Assembly: GCA_963827655.1 (NCBI GenBank) | Contig: CAWHCF010000041.1 | Span: 1 to 64,000, forward strand | Reading direction: 5' to 3' | DNA from: an uncultured Acidobacteriota bacterium | GTDB lineage: Bacteria; Acidobacteriota; UBA6911 | DNA: 64,000 nt | Shown: positions 32,095-42,162 of the stretch, piece after piece | How positions within the stretch are numbered: the first letter of the stretch is position 1 | How the letters are laid out: each line of letters begins with the position of its first letter | Program-made: the position numbers and the translations under genes | The notes under the pieces: generated by a model | Told to the model about the DNA's origin: nothing | The model's database searches: none | What the model saw: the letters and a program-made list of their open reading frames with translations, nothing else

Positions 32095-32112
32095 AACCGT
32101 AACGGAGCCACC

Positions 32113-33579
32113 ATGAACCGTCAGCGTTTCCTAGCCGTATCGGTCGCCTTCTTCTGGCTCGGCTTCCCGGGCGCGCTTACGGCGCAGAGGAAGGCCGGAG
32201 AACTGAAACTCGAGCCCTACTCGTTCGATGGCGGCCGGGGAGAAAAGGTGGATGCGGAAATGGGGCGACTGACCGTGCCGGAGAGCCGAACCAGGCCCTC
32301 CGGCAGATTGGTCGAGCTGCGCTTCGTTCGGTTCAAGAGCACCGCAGCGGCGCCGGGATCGCCCGTGGTCTACCTGGCCGGAGGGCCCGGCGGCTCCGGG
32401 ATCGCGACCGCGCGCGGCGGCCGATTCCCGCTCTTCATGGCGATGCGACAGGTCGGGGACGTCATCGCGCTCGACCAGCGAGGCACCGGACTCTCGGAAC
32501 CAAGGCTGGTTTGCCCTGAAACCCTGGACTATCCGCTCGATCGACCGGGCAACCGCGAAGAGATGCTGCATCTCATGACCGGCAAGGCCCGCTCCTGCGC
32601 CGAATCATTCCGGAGCCAGGGAGTGGACCTTTCCGCCTACAACACCAGCGAGAGCGCCGATGATCTCGAAAGCTTGAGAGCGGCGCTCGGGGCTCCAAAG
32701 ATCAGCCTGTGGAGCATCAGCTACGGTACTCATCTGGCGCTGGCCGCGTTGCGCAGGCATGAGAAAGGCATCGACCGCGTGATCCTGGCGGGTGTGGAAG
32801 GACCCGACCACACGGCCAAGCTGCCGGGCAATATCCAAAAGGCGCTCGAGACGGTGAACGAGCTGATGAAAAAAGACCCCGCGGTTACATCGAAGATCCC
32901 GGACTTCATAAGCCTGATCCGCCAGCTCGGAGCTCGTCTCGATCAGGACCCGGTTACGGTCGAAACCACCGAGCCGAGGACCCGTGAAAAGGTCAAGGTC
33001 ACGCTCGGCAGGTTCGACCTCGAATTGGTCCTGGCTCAATCGCTGGGCGATTCGGGGGCGGTGCTAGCCTATCCCGCTGTCGCGTATCGCATGTCGCAGG
33101 GGGACTTCTCCTTTCTGGCTCAGCGGGTTCTGCAGCTGCGGCGCTACCCGTTGGGTCTCATGATGTCGTACACCATGGACTGTGCTTCCGGAGCTTCGCC
33201 GGAACGAACGGCCCGAATTCTTCTCGAAGAGAAACAGACCCTGCTGGGGCGACTGATAGATCTGCCGTTTCCGGAGATCTGCCGGGCATGGGGCGTGCCG
33301 GATCTGGGCGCCGTGTTCCGAAGCCCCGTGAAGTCGCGAGTCCCGACGTTGTTCATCAGCGGAACCCTGGATGCGCGAACCCCGGTGAGCAATGCCGAAG
33401 AAGTGCGGCAAGGATTTTCCGAGAGCGCCCACCTCATCATCGAAGGGGCGGCCCACAGCGACGATCTCTTTCTGTCTTCGCCTCAGATCCAGCAGGTCAT
33501 GCTGGAATTCATGAAGGGCCAGAAGCTCTCGACCACCCGCATCACACTGCCTCCACCCCGGTTTTCGACGATACCGTAG
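32113..33579 (+). CDS. Secreted alpha/beta hydrolase, TAP-like (S33 tripeptidyl-peptidase-like)
   Basis: Signal peptide; YLAGGPGGSG, DQRGTG.S.P.L.C, SISYGT nucleophile elbow, SGTLD.RTP, GAAH. Confidence 0.88.
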   Translation: MNRQRFLAVSVAFFWLGFPGALTAQRKAGELKLEPYSFDGGRGEKVDAEMGRLTVPESRTRPSGRLVELRFVRFKSTAAAPGSPVVYLAGGPGGSGIATARGGRFPLFMAMRQVGDVIALDQRGTGLSEPRLVCPETLDYPLDRPGNREEMLHLMTGKARSCAESFRSQGVDLSAYNTSESADDLESLRAALGAPKISLWSISYGTHLALAALRRHEKGIDRVILAGVEGPDHTAKLPGNIQKALETVNELMKKDPAVTSKIPDFISLIRQLGARLDQDPVTVETTEPRTREKVKVTLGRFDLELVLAQSLGDSGAVLAYPAVAYRMSQGDFSFLAQRVLQLRRYPLGLMMSYTMDCASGASPERTARILLEEKQTLLGRLIDLPFPEICRAWGVPDLGAVFRSPVKSRVPTLFISGTLDARTPVSNAEEVRQGFSESAHLIIEGAAHSDDLFLSSPQIQQVMLEFMKGQKLSTTRITLPPPRFSTIP

Positions 33580-33628
33580 CCTTAGCCTAGCCTAGTTCTT
33601 CGCGAAACCCGACTCCACCGGTTGCTGA

Positions 33629-33807
33629 GGCCCGAAGGGCCGAGAAAAATAAGCCCGGGGTTTTCAGAGCGTAGACATCGAGCCCAAGGGGCGACACAAA
33701 ATCCTTGCGCGACTTGGCTTTTGTGCCGCCCTTTCAGGGCTCCATTGTTTTTGCCGCCTGACCCCGGGCTCACGCCCGGGCTATTCTCGTGCCGCCCCTT
33801 CGGGGCT
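33629..33807. repeat. REP/BIME-like GC-rich palindrome cluster
   Basis: GCCCGAAGGGC, AGCCCGGGG, GCCCTTTCAGGGC, CCCGGGCTCACGCCCGGGCT, GCCCCTTCGGGGC in nested inverted arrangement. Confidence 0.75.
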
Positions 33808-33978
33808 CGGGCTGCAGGAACGCCGGATTCCGCAAATTCTGCGCCTGCGGCAACGTCTGGTGTATGATTCACAGGCTTCGGGGAGCTGGTGCAGTCTGCA
33901 CAAGTCGCCCTCACGAAGCAGCCGATCACGATAAGACGGCGCCTCGCTCTTGTCCGACGGCGCCGAAAGAGAGGATTC

Positions 33979-34914
33979 ATGGTCGAAGCTCCATCACGCG
34001 ATCAGGCATGGCCGGCCCTGCCGCTCGAAGCCTGGGCTGACGCGTGCGCCACGCTGCACATGTGGATCCAGATTGTCGGCAAGATCCGCTTTCGCGCCAG
34101 CCCGCCGATCAATCATGGCTGGCACTCCACGCTGTACGTCACGTCGCGCGGGTTGACGACATCGCCCATTCCGCACGGGCTGCGGACGTTTCAGATCGAC
34201 TTCGACTTCATCGACCATGTCCTGGTAGTCCAGGTGAGCGACGGGGGGACGGCCCGGGTGATGCTCGAGCCCCAGACCGTGGCCGCGTTCTATCGCCGGT
34301 TGATGGAAGCTCTGCGCACGCTCGGGATCGAGGTGCGAATCTATGGGAGGCCGAACGAGGTGCCGGACCCGATCCCGTTCGAGCGCGACGAGGTCCACCG
34401 GGCGTACGATGCCGAGTACGTCCACCGCTTCTGGCGCGTCCTGGTTCAGTCGGATCGAGTGTTCAAGGAGTTCCGCGCCCGCTTCATCGGCAAGTGCAGC
34501 CCCGTGCATCTCTTCTGGGGCGCCCTCGATCTGGCGGTCACGCGCTTTTCGGGACGGCCGGCGCCGGAGCATCCCGGCGGAATCCCCAACCTTCCCGATC
34601 GGGTGACGCGTGAAGCGTACTCGCACGAAGTGAGCAGTTGCGGATTCTGGGCCGGCAGCGGCATCGGACATCCGGCGTTCTACTCTTACGCCTACGCGGA
34701 GCCGGCCGGATTTGGCCAGGCGCGCGTCCGGCCGGACCAGGCCTTCTACAGCGCCGACTTCCGCGAATTCATCCTGCCGTACGACATTGTCCGACAGGCG
34801 GACGATCCTGACCGGACGCTGCTCGAGTTTCTGCAATCCACTTACGAAGCGGCGGCAAACCTGGCCCGATGGGATCGGGCAGGGTTGGAAAAAGCAGTAG
34901 GCGGTCGTCCGTAG
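33979..34914 (+). CDS. DUF5996 family protein
   Basis: WP.LP.EAW...ATLHMW.QIVGK.R, SPVHLFWG.LDLAVTRFSGR.AP.HPGG.P, REAYSHEVSS.GFW.G, FYSYAY.EP.GF. Confidence 0.85.
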   Translation: MVEAPSRDQAWPALPLEAWADACATLHMWIQIVGKIRFRASPPINHGWHSTLYVTSRGLTTSPIPHGLRTFQIDFDFIDHVLVVQVSDGGTARVMLEPQTVAAFYRRLMEALRTLGIEVRIYGRPNEVPDPIPFERDEVHRAYDAEYVHRFWRVLVQSDRVFKEFRARFIGKCSPVHLFWGALDLAVTRFSGRPAPEHPGGIPNLPDRVTREAYSHEVSSCGFWAGSGIGHPAFYSYAYAEPAGFGQARVRPDQAFYSADFREFILPYDIVRQADDPDRTLLEFLQSTYEAAANLARWDRAGLEKAVGGRP

Positions 34915-34968
34915 GCAGTACGCAGTAACAACTCGCCTGCTTACTGGCTATTGCCTGCTGCCTTACTG
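34893..34968. repeat. Heptamer-tandem inverted hairpin (GCAGTAG / CTACTGC type)
   Basis: AGCAGTAGGCGG..CGTAGGCAGTACGCAGTA...CTGCTTACTGGCTATTGCCTGCTGCCTTACTG; overlaps the upstream stop codon. Confidence 0.65.
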
Positions 34969-34972
34969 AATT

Positions 34973-35980
34973 ATGAAATCCGGAGTCAAACAATCGGACC
35001 TGGCCGCAGACTCTGATGCAGCCGGTGGCGAACACGGCAACTCGTGTCCGGCTTGCCAAAGCGCGGCCTCCCGCACCCTGTTCGAAGCGACCGACCGCCT
35101 TTACCGCACCACCACCAGGAATTTTCGAATCATCGAATGCCGGCAATGCCGGCTGATCCGCCTTTTCCCCCTGCCAGACGCCGGCGAACTGCGCGCGTAT
35201 TATCCCGACGATTACTGGTTCACTCCCGAGGCCGAAACCGTCGATCACCTGGAGGAACTCTATCGCCGCTTCGTCCTGCGGGATCATTTGAACTTCGTGT
35301 GCCACGCTCTCGGATCTTCGCAGGCAGACGGCCCCGTCCTCGACGTCGGATGCGGGGGCGGGCTGTTCCTGAGGATGCTCGCCGAGCGTGGATACCGCGT
35401 CGCCGGACTCGACTTCAGCCCGGCCGCCGCGAGACTCGCGTGGAAAGGCAACGCTGTGCCTGTGGTCTGTGGAACCCTGTCCAACGCGCCGCTGGCCCCG
35501 AACAGTTGCTCTGCCGTCACCATGTTTCACGTCCTGGAACACGTCGAGGATCCCTATGCGTATCTCGCCGAGGCCCGCAGGCTGTTGAAGACAGGGGGCC
35601 GTGTGATATTGCAGGTACCGAACGCCGCTTGCTGGCAGTTTCGTCTGCTGGGAAAAAAATGGAGCGGACTGGATGTGCCGCGTCACCTGTGGAATTTCCG
35701 TCCCCGCAATCTGGACCTGCTTCTCGACCGCAGCGGGTTTGAAGTCGTACGGCGAAAATACTTCTCTCTGCGCGACAATCCGGCGGGGCTTGCCACCAGT
35801 CTTGCACCCTGGTTGGATCCAATGGCACGCCGGATCCGCCGTGTCCGTGAATCTCAACCGATGCGATTGTGCAAGAACCTGATTTATTTCTGCCTTGTGC
35901 TCGCCTGCCTCCCCTTTGCGGTCCTCGAGGCCGCCTGCCGCGCCGGTTCAACGGTGATGGTGGAGGCGCGCAGAAAATAA
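34973..35980 (+). CDS. Class I SAM-dependent methyltransferase with N-terminal CxxC...CxxC
   Basis: CPAC, CRQC, VLDVGCGGG, HVLEHV.DP, QVPN, PRHL. Confidence 0.88.
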   Translation: MKSGVKQSDLAADSDAAGGEHGNSCPACQSAASRTLFEATDRLYRTTTRNFRIIECRQCRLIRLFPLPDAGELRAYYPDDYWFTPEAETVDHLEELYRRFVLRDHLNFVCHALGSSQADGPVLDVGCGGGLFLRMLAERGYRVAGLDFSPAAARLAWKGNAVPVVCGTLSNAPLAPNSCSAVTMFHVLEHVEDPYAYLAEARRLLKTGGRVILQVPNAACWQFRLLGKKWSGLDVPRHLWNFRPRNLDLLLDRSGFEVVRRKYFSLRDNPAGLATSLAPWLDPMARRIRRVRESQPMRLCKNLIYFCLVLACLPFAVLEAACRAGSTVMVEARRK

Positions 35981-36669
35981 TGAGATACGGCACACTCCCG
36001 CGTTTGTTGCCACGCTTCATGCGCAACTACGTGCTCGACTTCGAATGCTCGATCGAACGCGCAGTATCCGCGTTTGCGGCCGACCTCCCCTCCGGCGCGC
36101 GGGTCCTGGATGCGGGTGCCGGCGAGGGAAAGTACAACGGTTTCTTTCGGAATCACCGCTATTGCGGCGTCGATTTTGCCATGGGCGACGCGAAGTGGGA
36201 CTACGGAAGCCTGGATGCGGTTGCCGACCTTCTTGCGCTCCCTTTCCATGATGAGTGTTTCGATGCCTGTCTGAACATCGTGACTCTGGAACATGTGCGC
36301 GAACCGGCCTGTGTGCTCGGAGAGATCGCAAGAACCCTGAGGCCAGGCGGCCGACTGCTGCTGGTTGTGCCGCAGGATTGGGAAGTGCACCAGCCGCCGC
36401 ACGACTACTTTCGCTTCACACGCTACGGCGTCCGCCACCTGCTCGAAAGCGCCGGCTTCACAGACATCAGCATTCAACCGGCCGGCGGATTCTTCCGTCT
36501 GCTTGCCCGGAGGCTGCTGAATGGGCTGCAGTTCTTCCCGCCGGTTTTGGTCCTGCCGGCCGCTTTGTTTCTGGTTCCGCCGGCGCTTGTGCTGCCGCTG
36601 TTCGATTTCCTCGATCGCGAACGCAACTTCACTCTGGGCTACGTGTGCGTGGCGAGGGGGCCCCGCTGA
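35980..36669 (+). CDS. Class I SAM-dependent methyltransferase (type 11)
   Basis: VLDAGAGEG, LPF.DE.FD, TLEHV.EP, L.PGG.L, P.DYFRFT; translationally coupled (TAATG). Confidence 0.88.
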   Translation: MRYGTLPRLLPRFMRNYVLDFECSIERAVSAFAADLPSGARVLDAGAGEGKYNGFFRNHRYCGVDFAMGDAKWDYGSLDAVADLLALPFHDECFDACLNIVTLEHVREPACVLGEIARTLRPGGRLLLVVPQDWEVHQPPHDYFRFTRYGVRHLLESAGFTDISIQPAGGFFRLLARRLLNGLQFFPPVLVLPAALFLVPPALVLPLFDFLDRERNFTLGYVCVARGPR

Positions 36670-36879
36670 CCTGCGCCGCCTCCTGCGCGCCGGGAACATC
36701 TTGCCCGCTACCCAGACCGTGCTCTATGATCCAGCATCAGGAGCGCGAGGTAAACAGGTCGAAGGTCCGCTCCGACGTGTAGCATCTTCGGCGCTCGTTG
36801 CCAAACCTGATCTCTGTCCGGGCGAACAAATACCACGCAGGACATCGAGCTGACCCTGAAGGGACCGGGAAGCGAAACG

Positions 36880-36906
36880 TGACAGCTGACTCGACTTCGC
36901 TTCGCA
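36880..36906 (+). promoter_or_regulatory. Possible third ECF-type promoter (TGACA-N18-CGCA)
   Basis: Same spacing as the motifs at 19453 and 22819; lies 22 bp before ATG 36929. Confidence 0.4.
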
Positions 36907-36928
36907 ACTGAACACTGGAGTGGACAGC

Positions 36929-38018
36929 ATGTGGATTCGTCAAAGGCAACTGGATCTCCCTTGCACATCCGGGCATTGCCCGAAGCGTCGTCCTGGGCGT
37001 GGCCGTGGCGGTGTTCTCGTCTGCGGTGAACCCGGTACCGGGATTCGCGCAGAGCCATACCTTTCCCGGACGGCTCGACGCTTACCTGAAAAAAACGGTC
37101 CGTCTGACCGATCAGGAGCGCAGCATTCTGGTGGGCGGCGCTCCCGTAACGAAGCTCCTCGACTCGGATCCCGCGACCGAGGTCGCGGTCTTTGGCGCCG
37201 TCTGGGTGGCTGCGCCTCCGGAACTCTATGTGCGAGCCGTGACCGACATCGAGAACTTCGAAAAGGGCGAAAACTTTCGTATCACGAAGAAGATCAGCGA
37301 TCCGCCGCGGCCCGAAGATTTCGCGCAGCTCGTCCTGCCGGACGACGATATCGCGGACCTGCGCGAGTGCCAGGTAGGCAACTGCGCAATCAAGCTCAGT
37401 CAGAACGCGCTCGAGCGCGTACGCAAGGCGGTCGACTGGTCGAAGCCGACCGCCTCGGCGGATGTGAACGCCCTGGTCAAGCAGCTCGCCCTGGAGTATG
37501 CGAAGGCGTACCGTGAGGGGGGTAACTCGCGTCTGGCGGAATATCGGGACCAGGATCGTCCCACGTTCGTGGCCAAGGAATTCGAATCCATGGTGAACCG
37601 GATGCCGGAGCTGACCGAGTACATGCCCGACCTGCGGCGTTACCTGCTCGAGTACCCGAAATACACCATTCCAGGTTCGACGTTCTTTCTCTACTGGCAG
37701 GAGGCGGTGTTCGGGCTCAAGCCGACGATCCGCATCAACCACGTCGTGATTGCCGAACGGCCCGAGGCCGTCGCCGTCGCCTCGAAGCAGATTTATGCCA
37801 GCCACTATTTCTGGACGGCGCTCGAGCTCCGCGTGCTCGTTCCCGACCCATCGCGTGGCAAGGGTTTCTGGTTTATAAATGTCAATCGGAGCCGCTCGGA
37901 TGGTCTCTCCGGTTTCGTCGGCCGCATGATTCGCGGCAAGGTCCGCAGCGAGGCGCAAAGCGGCATGGAAGCCGTGCTGAAAATCACAAAGACGACGCTC
38001 GAGAAGCAGGCGCGGTGA
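36929..38018 (+). CDS. Secreted hypothetical protein (probable frameshift within the first ~10 codons)
   Basis: Long GC3-biased ORF with hydrophobic signal-like stretch VVLGVAVAVFSS; YW...FGLKPT and KQIYASHYF motifs. Function not recognised. Confidence 0.75.
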
Positions 38019-38097
38019 TCACTTGTCATTGGTCATTGGTCATTAATCATTTGTACATGTCGAATGACGACAATGACTAATGACCAATGAGAAATGA
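38019..38097. repeat. Heptamer-tandem inverted hairpin (TCATTGG / CCAATGA type) between convergent genes
   Basis: GTCATTGGTCATTGGTCATTAATCATT...AATGACGACAATGACTAATGACCAATGAGAAATGA; contains the stop codon of the nucleosidase gene. Confidence 0.8.
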
Positions 38098-38820
38098 GTC
38101 AGTGTGTTTGTCTTTTGAAGATCTCAGGTTGATCCAGGACAAGACCAGATTCGCCAGGTTGGTCATCGCCAACTCCAGGTTCTGATCGAAATCGGATGGC
38201 GCAGTGCTGCCGGCGGTATCCGTAATCCCTCGAATCTCCAGGAAAGGCACCCGGCTGAATCGACACGCCCGGGCTCCACCGGCTCCTTCCCAGGCTACTG
38301 CCAGTGCCTTTGTTTGCCGGCAGAGAGCCAGTCGTCTTGCATGATCGACAACATCTTCGTCTCCACTCGCTACCGTTCCGAAGTGCACGCCAAATGACTG
38401 CTGCGCCGAGACCAGCCGCAGTTCGGCGATCGCCGCCGGCGCGCCTTCGAATCGGGGCATTGGCCGAGAATTGAACTTGTTCTGATAATCGTGTTCCAAG
38501 GTCACCGTGGCCACAATCACGTCGCCCACGGCCACATCGTCCGCCAGGGCCCCGGCCGCGCCGGCGCAAATAACCAGGCCCCAGCCAGAATCCGTATCCA
38601 ATAGGTGCTGCGTCTGAAGGGCGAACTGGGCTTTCCCGGTCCCGCCAGAAGCAAGCGTCAGACCGAGATCGGGCAGGCGGACCACCTGCAAGCGGCCAAG
38701 CGGCGACCGAAGCGCCCGATGTCCAAGCCTGGTGTACGCCCCCAGGACGAACTCGAGTTCCTTGCGCAGGGGCATCATGACAAGTGTTTCAGCTTCTCTG
38801 CTCCGGGACATTTCGGTCAA
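38077..38820 (-). CDS. 5'-methylthioadenosine/S-adenosylhomocysteine nucleosidase family (PNP_UDP_1)
   Basis: GGTGKA, ICAGAAGAL...GDV, G.VASGD, AVAWEGAG, IRGITD.A. Confidence 0.85.
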   Translation of the reverse strand: MTEMSRSREAETLVMMPLRKELEFVLGAYTRLGHRALRSPLGRLQVVRLPDLGLTLASGGTGKAQFALQTQHLLDTDSGWGLVICAGAAGALADDVAVGDVIVATVTLEHDYQNKFNSRPMPRFEGAPAAIAELRLVSAQQSFGVHFGTVASGDEDVVDHARRLALCRQTKALAVAWEGAGGARACRFSRVPFLEIRGITDTAGSTAPSDFDQNLELAMTNLANLVLSWINLRSSKDKHTDSFLIGH

Positions 38821-38903
38821 GGAACCATCGGCGCTTCGACGCCGCTCGCCGGCACGCGACGCGGGACGGCGACTCGCGGTGGTAAGAGTAAAAAACCACG
38901 GTT

Positions 38904-40281
38904 CTATCGTCGAGCCAGGTCATATAGCCGGTTCGAGAATCCCGCCATCGCCTGAGTCAACGGCTTGTAGTAATTTCCCCACGGATCCTGCACGCCGGAA
39001 TGCTGCTTTTCCTGCTGCTGCGCCTTCAAGCCGTCGATCCACCCGCACCACGTCCAGCCCACAAAGTCACTCCGGGCGAAGGCGTGCTCACCGAATTCCA
39101 GGAACCGCCCTGCCCGCTCCTGCTGGCTGGCGCAATGCGGACCATAAGGATTGGGCATCTGATCGTAAGGCACTGCGTATGACGAATCGCCGTTGAAGAG
39201 AGCCTTGCCGGTGAGCCGCGACCAGGCGTCGAGTTTGGGCTTCTGCTCCTCCCAGAAGCCGTACATCTGATAAAACACGAGGTCCGCGTGCCGCCCGGCC
39301 AGTCTCACTATCGAGTCCGGCGTGTCGGTATTGCCGTTGAGCTTGTCGCCCAGAACAAGATGATTTGGATCGTAGCGGCGAATCGATGCCACGGCCACCG
39401 CGTAATAGCGGTCGACGACGCGCTCCAGAAAGAACAGGTTGTCTCTGGTTTCGAGGGCGTTGTTTGCGTCCGTCTGCGGCCTCCAGTTCATCGCGTGCTC
39501 AAGCGCCTCGAAAGAAGAGAATGCGGTTCCGTAGACGACGTTGAACCGGGTAATGTCTCCGCCATACAACTCCCGCATCGCCGCGGTGTAAGCTCGTTTC
39601 CCGGGGCTGGACCCTTCGAGGTTCCTCAATACGCGCGGCCAGGTAGGCAATCCCTTGCGAACGGCGCCGTACACGCTGTTGCTCCGCGGCGCGGCGTCCA
39701 GATCGGTGAAGACCGGGCAGTCGGTCATGAAGTAGCCGATCAGCCAGGCATCGTCTTTTCTCGGCAGCACTTCGGACTGCGCCACACGGTCGCAGTGTGA
39801 CTCGAACGCGGGAGAGAACACATCGAGGAAGTCGGATTCGGAGGGAGTCATGTAATGGCAGATATCGACGAAGCGCGCGGTGTGGATGTAGGGAACTGCG
39901 CCGGACGGGAGGTCGCGCAACGACGAGTGAACGCCGAGCGTGTTCATCCCCAGAGCGGCAAGATCTTCCCGCACTTTCTGCGCGTACCCGGCGGCAAACT
40001 GGCGGACATCGGAAGCGTCCCGGGCGCCGAAGGTCTTCGTCCAGTGGTCGATGCACTGCGGCCGCCGCAGCAAACCAGGGGTGACGTGATTCAATCCGAA
40101 AGAAAGGAATGCGTTGCCCTCCGGCGTCACCAGCCACCAGCGGTCCTTCTTTTCAAGCCGGAAAAAACCCGTTCCATTGAACCGGACATCCGGACAACCG
40201 CCGAACTTGTCTCTTAAGCGGGAAGGCGGCCGGCAACAGAGCCAGCCCTTTCAGAAAATCGCGTCGGAGCAAAGTCCTCAT
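38904..40281 (-). CDS. Tat-exported agarase-like glycoside hydrolase (frameshift near 40215)
   Basis: MRTLLRRDFLKG Tat motif; alternative frame DKFGG...TGFFR.EK..RWWLVTPEG; DVFSP.F, LIGYF, IRRYDPNHL.LG, VGW.W. Confidence 0.7.
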
Positions 40282-40319
40282 TGCCATCCTTATAATGCGC
40301 CGAACAGACTATCGCCAGA

Positions 40320-40922
40320 CTACGCGCCCAGCGCAACCCAGGCGGCCAGGGTAGCCATCTTCTCCTCGGCACCCCAGGGTCGACCCGCGGCACGGCCCAA
40401 CTGCGCTATGGCTTCCTTGAGGTCGTCCGGCGAACGGCCGAGTAGAGCACCCGCCTTGGCGTAAGCCTCGCTCTCCACCAGGATCATCGATCGAGCGTCA
40501 CAGGCGGCGGCTCCCGCCTCGAGTACTTCCCGGAAGAGCCGGCCTTCTGAAGCATGGGCGCGGATGTGGGGGTTGCCAAGTTTACCGGGATCGCGATCGC
40601 TCCCCACGACCAGGCCGACTCCATGGAGCTTGAAGCCGCCGGCTCGCAACTTGCTTTCAAGGTCGCGTACCGCGCGATTGGCTATCGCCTGCACGGCATC
40701 TCTGGCGCGTCCCACGATTTTGGCTCCCGCCTCTTCAGTGAGTTCCAGCGCCGCGTGATAAGGCTCCCTGGTCTCGGGAAGGTCAGGATCCCACAGCTGC
40801 ACATCGCGCCGCTCCAGCAGGCGCGGCGCTTCGACAGGACCGGCCAGCAGCACCGCGATAGCGCGTGCCGTCTTGACGCGAAAGCCGATGGTTGCCGGGG
40901 AATCAGCCGGTCTCTGACTCAT
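40320..40922 (-). CDS. Hypothetical protein
   Basis: IGFRVKTARAIAV...EPYHAALE...HIRAHASEG.LFR...GRPW...K.A.LAAW; coding-like composition, no function assignable. Confidence 0.7.
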   Translation of the reverse strand: MSQRPADSPATIGFRVKTARAIAVLLAGPVEAPRLLERRDVQLWDPDLPETREPYHAALELTEEAGAKIVGRARDAVQAIANRAVRDLESKLRAGGFKLHGVGLVVGSDRDPGKLGNPHIRAHASEGRLFREVLEAGAAACDARSMILVESEAYAKAGALLGRSPDDLKEAIAQLGRAAGRPWGAEEKMATLAAWVALGA

Positions 40923-41067
40923 CGTGTCCGATATTGCCCGCAGTTGTCGACGAGCCACCGCAGCTCGACTGCCTGTCAGTATCGCGCGGAATTTCCCGTT
41001 TGGGCAAGAGGGGTCTTGGCCGGGCGCGCCGAAAAACGGTATCCTTGGAGACTGCCGGGAGGACACT

Positions 41068-42099
41068 ATGTCTGCGCCCGAAAAAGTCTTCCACGAATCG
41101 GCTCTTGGATCGACGCCGATCCGAAATCTGGGACTTACCCTGGCGGGCACGCCGCTGGAGCCTGTGCTGGCCGGTTTTCTCGAGGAGGTCCGCAACGCGG
41201 GAATCGTTCGTCTGAAGCCCAGATTCTACCTCTCGACTGAATGGGGAGTTCCCTTTGACACGATTGCCATTGCGATTCCATTCTATCTGGCGCGGCCGGA
41301 GCTCACAGCTATCCATGCGGAACGCGCGGGATTGGTCGAAGGGAAAAGCCGCACCGATATTCTGCGTTATCTGCGCCACGAGATGGGTCACGTGGTGAAC
41401 TACGCCTACCAGCTTTACAACAATCAGGACTGGGTCAAGATCTTCGGGTCGATTACGCAGCCCTACGTCGAAGAGTATCGTCCAGAGCCTTTCAGCCGGC
41501 GTTTTGTGCGGCACTTGCCCGGATGGTACGCCCAGAAACATCCAGACGAGGATTGGGCCGAGACCTTCGCCGTGTGGATGACCCCGGGACTGAATTGGCG
41601 CGAAGAATACAAGGGCTGGCCGGACGCTCTGGCCAAGTTGCAGTACTGCGACCTCACCGTAGCAACTCTCTCGAACCAGGACCCCAAGGTCACAGCCGAT
41701 GAACTCGATGAAGACGTGGGTGAGGTCAGCCATTCAATCGATCAGTTCTATAGTGAGTTGTCCGAGACTGACGTGGAGTTTCCCCACGGGCTGGACGGGG
41801 CCTTGCGGGCTATCTTCGAAGATCTCGGCCAGCCCGAGGACACCGCACCCGATCTGCCACGGAAGGAGGCCTCGGCCCTGATCTTCAAACTGGAACGGGA
41901 CCTTACGGCAAACGTGTATCGCTGGACCGGTCACTTTCCCGAGCGCACCCGCCTGCTACTGCGTCACCTCGCCGGGCGCGCCGACTCGCTGCGGCAGGTC
42001 TATCCGGAAAACCAGGAGGTTCAGGCCGCCACGGCGCTTACTACCTTGATCACGGCGCTCGCCATGAATCATGTGCTGCGCGGAACCTACCTGCCTTAG
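41068..42099 (+). CDS. Putative zinc-binding metallopeptidase
   Basis: YLSTEW, IAIPFYLA, LRHEMGH (HExxH), WYAQKHPDEDWAETFAVW.TP; GGGAGG RBS. Confidence 0.85.
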   Translation: MSAPEKVFHESALGSTPIRNLGLTLAGTPLEPVLAGFLEEVRNAGIVRLKPRFYLSTEWGVPFDTIAIAIPFYLARPELTAIHAERAGLVEGKSRTDILRYLRHEMGHVVNYAYQLYNNQDWVKIFGSITQPYVEEYRPEPFSRRFVRHLPGWYAQKHPDEDWAETFAVWMTPGLNWREEYKGWPDALAKLQYCDLTVATLSNQDPKVTADELDEDVGEVSHSIDQFYSELSETDVEFPHGLDGALRAIFEDLGQPEDTAPDLPRKEASALIFKLERDLTANVYRWTGHFPERTRLLLRHLAGRADSLRQVYPENQEVQAATALTTLITALAMNHVLRGTYLP

Positions 42100-42162
42100 C
42101 GCTTAGCGAAGCGTTCAAACCAACATGTTGTCGTTCAGAAGGTGGCTGAACGCAGTCCGCAC

